Of a stretch of 64,000 bases of DNA, positions 1 to 14,100 are shown piece after piece. The stretch lies in NCBI GenBank assembly GCA_040954595.2, contig CM082583.2, positions 5,075,374-5,139,373 on the forward strand, given 5' to 3'. The notes beneath the pieces were generated by a model. That model was not told the DNA's origin and did not search any database. It saw only the letters and a program-made list of their open reading frames with translations. Position 1 is the first letter of the stretch, and the number at the start of each line of letters is the position of its first letter. Source of the DNA: Balanoglossus misakiensis. Lineage: Eukaryota > Animalia > Hemichordata. A program made the translations under genes and the position numbers.

Positions 1-1654
1 CGCGTCGGCGTTTAAACAGTGAGCTTACCCCCTCGCCCACCCCGAGCTTGTGTGGGCGGACCCTAACTCGGACCAGGTAATCTGTAATAAGAAATGGTCT
101 GTGCTGTAGCCTGTACGTTGTGTGAGCTCTATACATTGCACTTTGAATATAAGTGAGTAATACAAAGAAACCATGGTATCTGGAAACTGTTATTTAAAAA
201 TATAAGATCTACTAGAAAGAGTTTTCCTGCGCTCGGCGAGTATGTGTATCAGGTACGACTCTAAACGCGGCACGTGCGTGACGTCACCTGCTCTTCTGCG
301 TACACTTAACATGTGACACAGGGGCCGTGAACTCTGTACGTTTGATATGTACGACAGCTTGTCGAAAGTCGAAATCTGTAAACACGGTCAAAATGTTAAA
401 TGCGTTTACGAGTGGTGCAATTTGTTCTTCTCTCGCTACTCGAGAGAAAGACAGGGAGAGCTTCGTTTCAAGTGCGCCGGTCATACTTCAGAGAGTTTAC
501 CGTTGCTGTTCGATCGGCTCCTCCAGGGTGCAGCTTTCTACTCGGTGTACAGGAGCGCAGCCAGGACCTTGGAAAAAAAATGAATAGCTATCGTTCGAAA
601 GCGGCTTTCGTTTCTATTTTGATCTTCCGAAATCGGCAGTCATTAGCTCCGAAACCCACATAAGAGAGCGATTTAATGGTATACGCGTAAACGGCGCGCA
701 TACATTCTCGCACGTCCGCCCCATGGCTGTCTTTCAAGGGAAAATATAGACGAAAAATTATCAGTAATGGTTCTAACGAAAAAAAATCCATTTCGGCAAG
801 TGTGCAGAAATAAACAATGGCCAGAAAGGTCCCCCAGCTGAATTTTTTCACAATGGCCTTGTACATATAGAATACTCGCACTATTAATACAAATAGTGCC
901 ATAGTGTCGAAAGCCTTGTTGCGTCAAACGCCGGCGCCCACAGCAAATAGTACATGAACTTCGTCGCTTTGTGGTGTCATCGTCCGCTACCTTGAAACAG
1001 AGGCACTCTGAGCACCGGGCTGGCAGTTGGCGGGATGAGTCAGTCTCCATGGCGACGCGAGGGCGGCCTCTGATGAAGCCAAGAACCACTGGCAGAAACT
1101 TCCATCAAGAACCATCTGATCAGCGAGAGCCCATACGCGCTGGAATGTGTTCAATGGTTTGACGGGTTACTCGGCCTATTTCATCATCCCAAGTCCATCA
1201 ACACCTACCGCTCTTATTATGACTGCCGCACCATTTGATTAAGTTCTGGGAGTAACGGCTCACGGCAAAGCGCACCAATTACGGTCGTCTCGATCGGTCG
1301 CTTATTGTTCCGCCAGTCGCTCAAAGCCAAGCGCTATCGCTTTTATACCAACCCACTTATCCAAATTGCTGCAAATTCATCTTTTCCCTCTTTTTGACAT
1401 TTTCCTAAGATCACAAAATTAGATGACAAACTTTTCACTCGAACTCACGACCATGGTTCCATAATAACTTGTATATAACACAATACCAAGACGCGATTTA
1501 GTGTGCATCTTTATTACGGACGTCAGCACCTATGACTTCAAATTAAGTTAACTAGAAAAAGAAGATCGATAGCACCTTTAACTCAAATTGATTCTCAAGA
1601 AAAACATACTGCTGATTGTAAACTGTATTGTAAACTGGGTTTGTTTTGACACAA

Positions 1655-2130
<476 letters not shown>

Positions 2131-5100
2131 CTTGTATAGCCATATCACTGTGGACACTTGCATTAGCTTCACAGCTGATCCGCAAATGTTTTCATAACCA
2201 CACTTTTGCACCTCTGTCAGGTTTTCTAGAGAACCGCAACCCCTGAAATTGACAATATAGCATTCACGTATAGACTTTTTGGGTATTAATTCAATTTACT
2301 ACGCGTAAAGTAAAAAGTGTTGCACTTTAAAGTGTTGGAAAATTAGAGTGCGCTGACCAAAGCGATGAAGAGTCTTTCAATTGTTAAGTGCAAAGAAAAC
2401 GAAGACCAGCTAACATCAATATTTTCCCTCCTCTAATTAGCGGGATCCCCATGTATACATCACTTGAATGTGCGAACCGCATAATATCATGACAGCGATA
2501 GTTATTGTGACAAGCACTGCATATTAACCCTTTGTCACATCTTTTCTTTCAATCCACCGCTCAACAGCAGCCCCGTGATTACCAGAAACAGCTCACCCTG
2601 CCGTGTCATTCAGCCCTGTGTGTGTAACATTCCTCCATTGTTGGTGACGCGCTACCTCTTTGGAAAAAAAGTGTTTGACATGACATGGCAACTGAAAAGG
2701 GCGGTGGGAGCAAAGCCTTCTTTCCAATCGCTTATAATGCCTTCTATCATAAGACACACAAATCAAATTTACTAATATAGCCAAGTCGCGAAAATTGAGT
2801 TACAATTTTAGCGTATCGAGTTAGGAATGCGTACAGCGTTCGATTGCGTGTCAGTTTCATGTTTTCATAGTCGACGTAGAATTAGCTGCGGTTTTCCTTA
2901 TATTCGACATTAAACAAAACTATACGTAGAAGACATCCTCAAGCAATAATGCGAATGCTAAACAAAACAAACCAAATCAAAACGAACAAATAATTTTAAA
3001 GAGGTGTGATACTCGGTGAGTGACCCTTTCCAGAGAAACATCATAGGGTGACTGATTTCAACAGGCAACGCCAGACCAAATACAAAAAGTGTATGGTACA
3101 AACTTGCTCTGTTACTTTCACACAAGATCAACAGTCTCGCCCTTCCTAAAATCGTTGTTGTTCTTGACAAATCAAACCCATTGACAAACAATTTAAATTA
3201 ACTCCGTAGCAGGCGCAAATTTCCATTCGCGAGGACTTGTGGTGTTCATTTTTTTCACCAGACGATAATCGCCCCTACATTTTCTCTCGACAATATCGGC
3301 TATGAAGTTTCAGTGATACACGTATGAATGGCACGGTAGAGAGAGAGATAATCTAGACTACCACAAAGCCTCATTCAATAGCCATGCCCTTTGTGACTCT
3401 ACGCGCTGCAGCCCGCATTGCAATATTCAGGCATTCTCATAAATGCAGACGTACAATCTGAACTTTAACTAACCCATAGTCTCCTTTTGAGTGAATGTGA
3501 TAAAACTAACTGAAGTAAATCACCTAATTTTATTCTTGTCAAGACTTTGACTCCTCAAACAGTTTAATTTACCACATCCAGTTTTTATCTTCATTGTGAC
3601 CTCTGACACCATTTATATCTTGATACACTTCTCAAAAAATCTCTCAATATAATGTTTGGGTAGCATAGCAGGTATACAGGATGTATGTATATATCCACAA
3701 TGACATATATCGTATACGACTTCTGGTCACAGCCTGGAATAGCGCCTGCGGACAGCGGTCTGTGAGACAATGATGATCAACACCCCCCTCCCGTGCATAG
3801 TTTCACATACTCCTGTAAGGGTGTGTTTAGAAATGTGCCCTACAACAGATCCTAGCACATCTCTGCTGCAGGACTTCTCACACACCCCTTCCTGGAGTGC
3901 GAAAAAATTAAAAATTAGGGTTGACACACGGTCATTAGTGGAATATAACAAGCAGCTGTTACAGGATGCGATATACTATAATAGTACAACATAGGGGTGC
4001 TTGAAGACTGCCTCCCACGTCCCAGCATATGCACCAGCCCTTATTTTTTCAGCTGTGTACCAGGACTACATATACCTATAGTGCATGACTGTGCAGTATC
4101 GCTGTGTTATGAATATTGTTTTGGCATAGCTGTAACGGGGGAATTATTCCAGGCCAGTTACAGAGTGTGTAACCCCCTGGGGATGGTAAAGTAATGTGCG
4201 AGACGCAGTCAGAGTTCGGGTATAATGTGATTTGAAATTGGTAGTGATTTTTATTTTGATTATTTAAAAACAAAAACGATTCATTAAATTGATTTATGCC
4301 GACATTTGATACGGCGCACTGTTAATAATCGACCTCTGACCCAGCGACTGAATTTGTAAATCAACCACTGGAAAGTCGTACACGTATGTACCAGCGTAGC
4401 AACATGTTATGGTAAAATGACGTTGGCATATTTTCCTTTACTTAACAATTTCGACAAGGTTTCAAATTTCAGATTTTCATTTATGACGTCATCTTCGAGG
4501 ACGGTAATCAGCACAAGAAGCTTGGCTAAAATTAGTAAAAAAATGCATACTTGATAATATTTTGAGCAAAAGCTTTACTGCAATGAATTAAAAATAGAAG
4601 GATATTTGCGTCCAGTAAGCATCTAAAAATAGAGAAGAATAAACGTTAAATAGTCTTGGGAATAAGCGTTGAGGTTGCGTAAAGGAGGTATAAGGTCAAA
4701 ACAATGACTAGATCTCGCTGTTAATGGCGATGCGAAGATTTTAGAATTTCAGCCGCGTAGCTGTAACGTGCCACTTCTTGATTCTGGTGATAAATTTTCA
4801 TTGCCTTTATGTACGAGCCATGTTTGATATGCACTGAACAAATTGAATTACAATGTGCAATAATAACACGATGAAAAATTAAATGCAGCCCCGACGTCAG
4901 CCAAAACCGCACAAACCACAGACGGCGTGAATGGAAAGCAGAATTTTTTTTACACTCAGTGCCGAGAGAGCGCACGCGCGCAAGGATGCTTCACTTCTTT
5001 TCGGCAGCAGTGGCAACGCTTTTGGCGATAAACGGTGCTCCAGTCCAGAGTCACGTCAGTTGGGCTTATAAAAAAAGACGTAAATGCGAAATAGAGATCA

Positions 5101-8088
5101 TTTAAAATGAATGAGTCTTAGTTAAGTAGAGAAGCGGTATCTGAAGTTTGACCCGGAACATGTTCAAATCTCACTTGAACGAGTGAGCAACAGCCAGGGG
5201 GCCGAAACCGCGCAGACGACACTTTTTGGCACAGAATTAAGAGTAGCTGATTTAATTAACAGTCCATCCAGATCTGTTAAATTCTAAGTCACGTCAAAGT
5301 GAAACCATGAATTCACTAACTCTGTTCATTCATCGTCACCCCAATGCAGAGTGGACGTTTGATCCGCTCGCAATTTGCACTGTTACACTTCAAAAAAAAA
5401 TCGAGATGAACTCATTTTATTGCTTCTGCAGTACATTTGGCTTCTGCACTCTATTAAAATTGCTTTTAATTTTGTTGATGTATTTGTCCAATGAATTGAG
5501 TCTAGACGATATTTGCTTTGCTTTTGTAAAGTGTAAACGATCAAATTGCAATTTTGATGGTCTCCAACGGTTACCACAAAAAAGAAAACGGGAGCTGGGA
5601 AACACATTACGCCGTTTACATTGAATATGAAGGCGCAAACTCTACCAATGATAGCCCTCCTCTTGACTTACTCTACACGTCGGGGTGGTAATTTCGCAGT
5701 CATGACTCCTTTGCATTTTAATACAACTATGCCAGGGGTCAGCGCAAACCCATTGACCTTAGAAACTCAACTACGCTTAAATTTTGCAGGGATTGACCCC
5801 AGAGATCAAAGCGGCATCGGGGGCCACACACCCCCGGAGCCGGAAATCGACATGTGTGGGGTCGACCGTTTAGACATCGCAGACACCATATACACAGGTA
5901 CAGGTAACTCGGTCTTTGTTGAACCGCGTGTCAAATGCTGCAACGACAGATCGCGAACGTATTAATTGACACTGTACGTTTCCTCGTGATTGTAGTAACC
6001 TCCCCAGACACAGAAATTCATATCTATTCATATCATAATCGGGGTTCCACGGCTCTTCTCGCGTATTTATGAGGGATTTACAGTTCGAAGCATAACTTGA
6101 ATCTGGGGATTTTTTTGCGCGACTTAGATGCGACCTCGACAGACGTTTCAACGTCGACTTTGCCACGGAACACAGTGTTAATGACGATAACTTCCCCCCT
6201 ACCTTTAGCGATCGCGCTTTCTATCGGGTTCAAAGGGAAAAAAAACATTTTCACAAATTGAGACTAATTGTACCGTAGTGTGCCAACAATTGACTTCGAA
6301 AAGCAAAGTCACCCGGGGTTGGCTCCTTTGTGCTGTGTCAACGTAATTAAAAAATTAAATTCGTCAACCTCTTATTAAAGCACGGGTCGGGCCCGGATTC
6401 ATGAAATTCAAGCGCCGCGCCTCTGAAATAATTTCCTTTCTCTGCCTTCTTATCTTATTCCATTTTTTTCTCTCTCTCTCTCTCGCTCAAAGCGGGATTC
6501 AGATGTTGGTAATGCAAGCAAATTACAAGGCCACTTTTCATAGGATCAGTCTTGCTGAGTGCTTTTAGCAATCAGCGCGGGGGCCTGACTGTGTAAATTA
6601 GCGGGGTGAACATTTCCTCTCCGAAATCTGATTTGATTGCGGTCGGGGATATCCTTTAAGGCATTGCGGAGAGCTAATCGGCGTCGGGCCGCGCTCGTAT
6701 ACAGAATTGATATCTCCGAAACCACACCCTTGTTTGATTCCCGTTTAACCGTCCCGGGTTATTTTACTTAAGCTGATCGAAATCTCTGAAAAACGTCTAG
6801 TTTGCGTTTGATTCTTTTGCAAATCAGATTCGCGATATGTAATTGTTTGTGTGATTAAGTTCCTGTCTGGAAGATTTCAGGGTGGGGAGAAAAAAAATCA
6901 AGCTCTCTATCACTGGTTAAACCAGGCACGAAGAATCGGGTCGTGTTGATAACAAAGAGGGGGGGGGGGGGGGTAGTGTAAGATGTGTTCGACCGAATAG
7001 TGTCGTCTCGTATTCACGTGAACACTATGTTCTTAAAACACGTACTATCGCGAATTGTCCATCTTTACCCTGTTGTGTTTAGTAATAGAAGATCAAAATA
7101 TAAATGCGCTTGAATTGGACAAAGTTCTTCGCAAACAAAGCAAACCCCATGATACTTTTTCGTTCTGGGATGACGGAAAGTAACGAACAAAGGCCAGGGC
7201 GAATTTTAAATTCCAAACAATTTTCCACGAACGCGACACTCTAGGATTGAATGGGGCGCGACCGCGTCGACAGATGTCTGCCCCCCTAACTAAATTTTCC
7301 AAGTTGGGATTTAGTATGCTTTTAATTTACTGAATGTTACTTCTTCTTGTGTGATCTTTTCACAGCATCCCAGTATTTCATCCTCGCACACATGCGCACA
7401 CACGTACACGACACCCGTCAAAAAGTCAAAAAGACGTCCTGATTCTCTGTAACAAAGATCGAAAGTGACAACTTTTGTCAAACTGTTTGACCCGTCATAA
7501 ATAGCGGATATAAATTCATAAATTGATGACCTTTAGAAACGCTTAGTAGTTTCTTGTCATTCCATGAGAAATTTGCATTGCTGCCCCCATTCATCAATGT
7601 CGCGACACTGTCTGTAAGAAAACGTAACGGTTATTTAGTAGTACTTATCCCAATAAGGACGCAACATAAAAGTCACTGCAACAATTTCGCATCTCTCAGC
7701 AAAGTTCACTTTGTTGTTTTTCGAATAGTTTCTCCCAAACGTCCTCTTCTCAAATCAACAGTATGAATATAACCATCGAGGGATATCAATCTTGGCCACT
7801 CCCTTTTGCGTCAGAAAAATTAGAAGCACTCGGATAATTACGTAGTTGGTTAGGTTATTGTATTTATGCCATGGGTTTGGTGTAGCGTTGAGTTCGAGTT
7901 CCAGTACCATCGCCTTGGATGAGAGACATAAATCCACAAATTATACACACAAACAAAACTGGTGTATAACCTAGCAAAATAAAACAGCGTCGTCTCGCGG
8001 GCGGCCGTTATTTTCCCCGGAGACGGAAAAGTGACATTCAGTTTCAACTGAAAGCAAAATAATTCGTGTATGATGTAAAATTAACATC

Positions 8089-8111
8089 GGTGATGGTGGT
8101 GGTGGTGGTGG

Positions 8112-8187
<76 letters not shown>

Positions 8188-8190
8188 GGC
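8089..8190. repeat. Compound trinucleotide microsatellite (GGT)n(GAT)n(GGT)n
   Basis: About 20 GAT units flanked on both sides by GGT runs. Confidence 0.95.
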
Positions 8191-11100
8191 CAGAAGTTCA
8201 TGAAGATTTTGAAACATACATCAATTTGAAATTGAAAATAACGATGGCGAAAGCTCCCAATTTTTAAATAGTGGCAAATGTGAATGATGGAATTTTCACT
8301 CGACAGTTCAATCTAACCGTGACTAGCCTTTATTGAATGTAAATTCGTAGCATCTGCTAGTCATGGAAATACGCGTATCTGTATGAATGGAAAGCGAATT
8401 CCGCATTCTTGACAGGTTATCTAGGCAATCATGAAGAGGTGTGTTTTTATTTCAATGAAAGAAAACACGCATGTCCTAAAACGAAGCAGCAATGCTCGAC
8501 ACGAAATACATAAATATATGTATATGTACAAGAATGATCCAGCCGTGGCAATATTTCAGTTCCAAAGTGCGGCAGAATTTCGCCGCAGGTGACACCAGCA
8601 ATCCTTTCAGCGCAAATAAAATTCAGGTGTCGATTACAGGAAATTCGGTTATGATTGTTCGGCGCGTATATTTCTCTCGGCTTGCGTGGGGCTGACGAAA
8701 TGAAACATACTATGAGATGAAAGCCGTTTGATTGGATTCAAGCGCCCCCGACAAAGAAATGTATTTACTCCTCAGCTGTCGTGCAATTGAGTTTTCTGTG
8801 CGGGGTTAATCTTTTCTTCCATTGCTATAATAGTCGGGCTAACCGCCGCACAATCAAGCGACCACGATGTTTATATCTGATAGTGGTGGAATAGGCCGCG
8901 CGTCTGTGAAGCCCCCTTTTCCAACACATACACATCGGGTGATTGGTACTGATAACCCCCGTAGTAACAAGATGTCTGTCTCTGATTCGTGTGTCGGCGG
9001 TGCGTTTTCCAGTTCGCTTCGATCATTTTTTTTTTCTCCGAGATACGCCAGGGGCATATTTTAGCGGACGAGAAAACGAAACCCCGGATCCGCCATCATT
9101 TCCGCGTTTGTTGTAAAGCTTTAATGCAGTCCAATTCTCGCCCCCACCGCCGCTGCCTTCCTCACCTCGGAAATTCTCCCCAATTACGGAGGGCGCGAAC
9201 TTTGCTCGCTGCCCCTTCACGCGTCTCACCCCCGGGCCAGCCCGATAAATTGATTCCGGCGACCCCGTTTCAATTTCGCTGCATCCAGCCTGTTGAACTC
9301 GGTCGCAGTGGCATCAAACGAATACTACTCTATACCTACCAGCAGTTCGAACCGTTTTAATACCCCTTCTCTATTGCAGCGCATATGCTGGAAATAGGGG
9401 CCGTTTAGTCTATTGTGCGGCGTAGAGGACAGTTTAACAATGTTCCATATTACATTCCGCTTACAAAGCAAGCTGCTTCTGTGTCCACGGTTTTAGTCTT
9501 TCGTTTAACAAATGTCCCAAAATAACCCCTTTCGTTAGTCACAGGTCAGTGGAGAAGAATATGGATTTGCGGGTGTGGGGAATGTCGTTTTTAAAGGCCG
9601 AGCTGAGGGGTATTCCTGTTGGTGTTTTTCAGCCTGGCTGTGTGTCCTCACACTGAGGGCACGCTCAGCTTGTTAATAAGGGTAAGTATTGATGAGTAGG
9701 GGTCGAAGGTCGTGCTAGCTGTGTACATTAATAGCTAGCAGTTAACACATACGGTCTGTTTCCCGCCGCCCCTGTCTACCACTCCAGTGCAACCAGCTTT
9801 CCACGAGACTTGAATATCCGGGGCCAGCGCAGGGGTCGTGCCCTCATGTCGTCAGGCAAGCCCTCTCTCTGATTTGGGTCTCAACTTTCTACCGACTGTG
9901 TTTGGTATAACCGAGCTGGTGGCGATACCAGAGTGGAGCCGAGAGACGCCGAATAACAAGGGGCGACGACATCGGACGCCAGCGCCGTGACTCGAAACGC
10001 AACGCCAGATCTCTCTCCCAAGGTGAGGGTCAGTCTTTTTTTTTCATTCGGTGTGCGAAAAAAACCCGGGGACAATATCAAAGCTTATCTGAAATCACGC
10101 GATAAAATATGACAATAGCTTTAGTGGGGCAACGAGTGTCAAATGTCGGGTTCCAGCCCTTGAAAATGTTTACCCTTAGATTTTTTACCAGTAGAGCACG
10201 CCTGACTACTGCCCCATTAGTATAATGTGTCCGTTCCACCACTTTTTTACACCAGAAGAGTGAGTTTTCGACTCTGCTGTTTTCTGTGTATTTCTCGCGC
10301 GTGTGCCGTTGTGTGGAATTGCGCCATAAGTCGAGGTTTAAAACTGGTGTTCGCGGACGGTGACAGTGAGACCAGCGTTCTACCAGGAACACATGGAACC
10401 ACTTTACCACCATTGACACCAACAACGCCAGCGCACAGTTCGCCATGAACTGGGCGTTCTCAATTTGCGAGAGAGAGAAAAAAAAAGCGCTTGGGTTTGA
10501 CGTCAAAGCCCAGTGCTGATGCGCGGCTGTCGCTGCCTCGACCCGCGCGCCTTGGGTGCTTGTGCTGTGAACCTACATTCGTTTCATCAGGGTCGACAGA
10601 ATAAAAAAGATTACGTGGAGCCCTTTTCCGAAACGGTGCCAAATAGCCTTCGATGTGTGACGACCTCGAGCCCCGATCACATACACTGAGAAAACAAAAA
10701 TAACCCGTCGGGACACTGGTATCACAACTTTAAGTGGCAATTCTCTGCGTTTGTCTGTGAGTCAGCGATAATGGTTGCGTTTAACCCGACCAATCCCAGT
10801 TGTTAGAATGTCGGTTAACCTACATGTCAAGTTCTCGTGCAAAGTGCAGCGGCGTCATAACAGTCGTAGACTTGAACTAAAAACATCGCCCGGCGAGTCA
10901 ACCTCAAGGTTAACCGTGTCACAACCCGAACAACTGCTTTGCGGGCCTATTCATTCGCATGCGTAATTTTTTTTCTTTTTTTTGGGGGGGGGGGACGTGC
11001 CCCTGAATTGGCCCCGACCGTCAACCTATCTAGCGATTCGTTACTGATTCAGCAGGCCTCACTCTAGCGCATCACACATTGTCGACCCACACACCCTTGG

Positions 11101-14100
11101 GTGGAAGGACCAGCAGTTTTAACACGGAATAAATCTGTTGAAACTTGCCGTGCCTACTGGGGCCTTATTTTGAGATCCCGCGTGCAACCTGCCCCCATTT
11201 CCTCAACAGACGCGGTTTCGTCTATAAAAATGCCCAAACCAATCAGAGACCTTTCAGTCGAAACCTATGAGTCACCCAACCCCGCGTATATAGGGTCCAA
11301 CTCATTATCGGGAGCCCCTTACCCCATTCCGGAATTTAGACACCCCTCTCTCTCTCCTTGTTGTTATGCAAGTCGCGTAGGACCATATCTACTAAAGGTT
11401 GAGGGCGATTACAAAGGTCGAATACGGACACCAAAAGTCTAGTCCCCTGCGAGCCCTTCTGTTATGTCTGAGTGGCCTCGTAAGGTGAACTATCTGCTGA
11501 TGTGAGTTGCTCGAGTATAAAACTTTGCATGGCAGATCGTTTCCATATGTGTCTCGCAGTGGGTCACTTAACGGCATGACCAGCCTTTTGGAAGCTGACA
11601 ACTGGATGTGAAATCCATTTATAAAGAGCTGTTGAAATCATGTCAAAAGTTGAACCGCCGGGACCTTAGACTTTTTGGTATTTTCTGTTGTGACGGCTCC
11701 TCTATTGAGTTGTTTCAAGTTTGGACGGTTATAACATGGCATCCAGTGTAGGATGGTGTTAAATTTCAGTTCAAAAATCCAGGGTTGGGGAGAAGAAGGC
11801 GAGAGGACCATAAAAACGGCTCTGACGAGTGCGTTTATAGGAACCATGTCGACGTGTAACTGTTTTGTCAAGGCGAGACCACTGATAATTTGGTGGCGTT
11901 TACAACTATACAGTTGTGAACGATTGGCTCGCCAGAGATTCTTGGCCCACCAGAGACAGCAGTGAACTACAATTTTGGTGTGAATGTTCGCCCTGCAACG
12001 AGCATTTTCCCGCCAATGTAATTTTCTTTTGACATCTTGTATCTTCAAAGGAAGACGGATTTTCTGGGTTCTTTTGTTGCGTTGTTCAATTAGCTCTGTC
12101 AAAAGAAGTCGAAAAAGGCTTTCAAATTCAAGTTCTCCAACAGGAAAATCCCACTAGACATCTAAACGTGGGGGCACGTGCATTACAACTTGATGAATGG
12201 AGCAACGATGATAGTGAAATATCTATGCAAATTTCGATTCTTGAATGTGGAGACAGACGACACATTGTACGAATATCTTTTTTCATAACAGATATACATA
12301 CACATATCACATGTCAGTTACCGTAATCCGCGCGGATACTATTATTGTCTATCCCCGTTGTTTATGCTAAACATTGTCTATTCGTTTTGTTAACGTGACT
12401 ACTGAGGCTAATTACTATGGAAACCGGTCATCATGTGTGCGCTAAACTGCGCGACCTGTGCACAGCGCTCTTTTCGTAATTGTTAGAGTATTAACTGGCT
12501 CTTTATTGTCATTGTGGGCAGATACAAGGAAAACAATGCGAGTGGTATGTCCACATATGTCTGGCTTAATTAAGAACTCGAAGCACGTCCCAGCCCAACC
12601 ACATCACAATGGAAACAGATAACAAGTGTGATAAGACAGAAAAACAAGTGAATTTTTGGCGAATCGGGACAATCCGAACCGACAGAGTCCATGTAGTCGT
12701 CAACCAGTGGTTTGTAAATCCCCATTCATTCCGCACTTTCGGTATAAAATCAGGAAAACAACCGAAATGAAAGTGTACTGAACGGTTGTGTGAGCCATAA
12801 ATTCAGCCGTAAACAACGTGATGCTATTCATAATCGGCGTGTTAGTTTGCGCGTGAGTGATTTTTGGCGGTTGCGGTAATAGTAATAGTTATCACAGCCA
12901 ATGGCTCTGTAGGCTCCCCCCCCCCCCGACAAAATTGGGGCAGCGCATTTTTTTCCTGTAAAATTTTACACCGGCATAAATTCGCTGCTGTCGACATTCT
13001 GGTCCGCAGTCGTAAAATATGAACGTGTCGGGTTCCATGGTGGCCGGCGTCCGATAGGTGTCGTGAAGTTAATTTGTCGACCAAGACCCCCCCCCTTTTT
13101 TTTGCAAAAGTCATGTATATAATGACTAATGTTCGGAGTGGCCGTGAAATTATGGTGTTTGGGAGACCATAGGGCATGGTAGCTTGGCAGTCCGCGCAAA
13201 ACAGCGAGTGACGGGGTTAGGTACCAACTGCAGATGTGTTGATCATAGAGGACAGCAGTGTGGAGGTGGAGCGCAATAGTCATCTATCAAAATGAAATAT
13301 ATACCGCGTCATATATTAATAAAGAGTGGGGTTTTGCGCCCTCACGACGCTTTGGCTTATCAAAGCGCGGAAAAAACAACGAAACCTAACACCGAACGCT
13401 GTGTAGCTAGCACAACTTCGTTGATTTGCACCGAGCTTGGAAAAGGGCCATCCCAATAAGTCCTCCTGGGGCGACATATTACATTTTAACAGAACCATTT
13501 AAATAAATCGGAAAAAAGACATTTCAATCACAACAGAACCATCTCTCCTTTTCTAATGTTTCCCGCACATTTCTGTAAAAACATCCCAACAAAATTCACC
13601 TCAGAGGAATACACGTATAGCGGGTATCAATCGACGCATGCGCAAACGTTGTTTTCCTGTCCAGAGGTTTTGGTGATTATCGGATCATGATCATTGAACT
13701 ACCATTTCTGTAGTTTGGCGGTGAATGTAATTTCAAAACTACCAGTACGGTCTTCAAAATACCTAAACCAATCTTTGGCATCAGTCTGTACTGAAGTATT
13801 ACTAACCAGCGCTTGCACCATAACAATTAATATGACATGAACTGTATTTTAATTAGTTTACGTCTTGAAGTGACTCAAAAGCGCAGCCACAAATGATGAG
13901 TGCGAAAATTGGGGGGGGGGGGAGTGGAGAGTCTAGTTTTGATTTTTTGGAATCTTGGTCTTTCTAGCGCCGAGTGTCAGGTTGTTACTCCCGGACTCTG
14001 CAGCTGGGCCCATGTTCAGATCAAAATGACAACGAAACGGGCGAACGCTGACCCATCTGTGAATAGGAGTATGTGCTCATACACGCCGCGACACTCAGAA

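Noticed and set aside
7877-7903. tRNA/SINE-like A-box and B-box fragments (TGGTGTAGCG...GTTCGAGTTCC; also GTTCGAATC near 41460)
   Set aside because: Spacing is too short, no cloverleaf can be built and no second copy was seen.
7971-8201. Poly-Pro/poly-Ser ORF
   Set aside because: Translation of the (GGT)/(GAT) microsatellite, with no splice or homology support.
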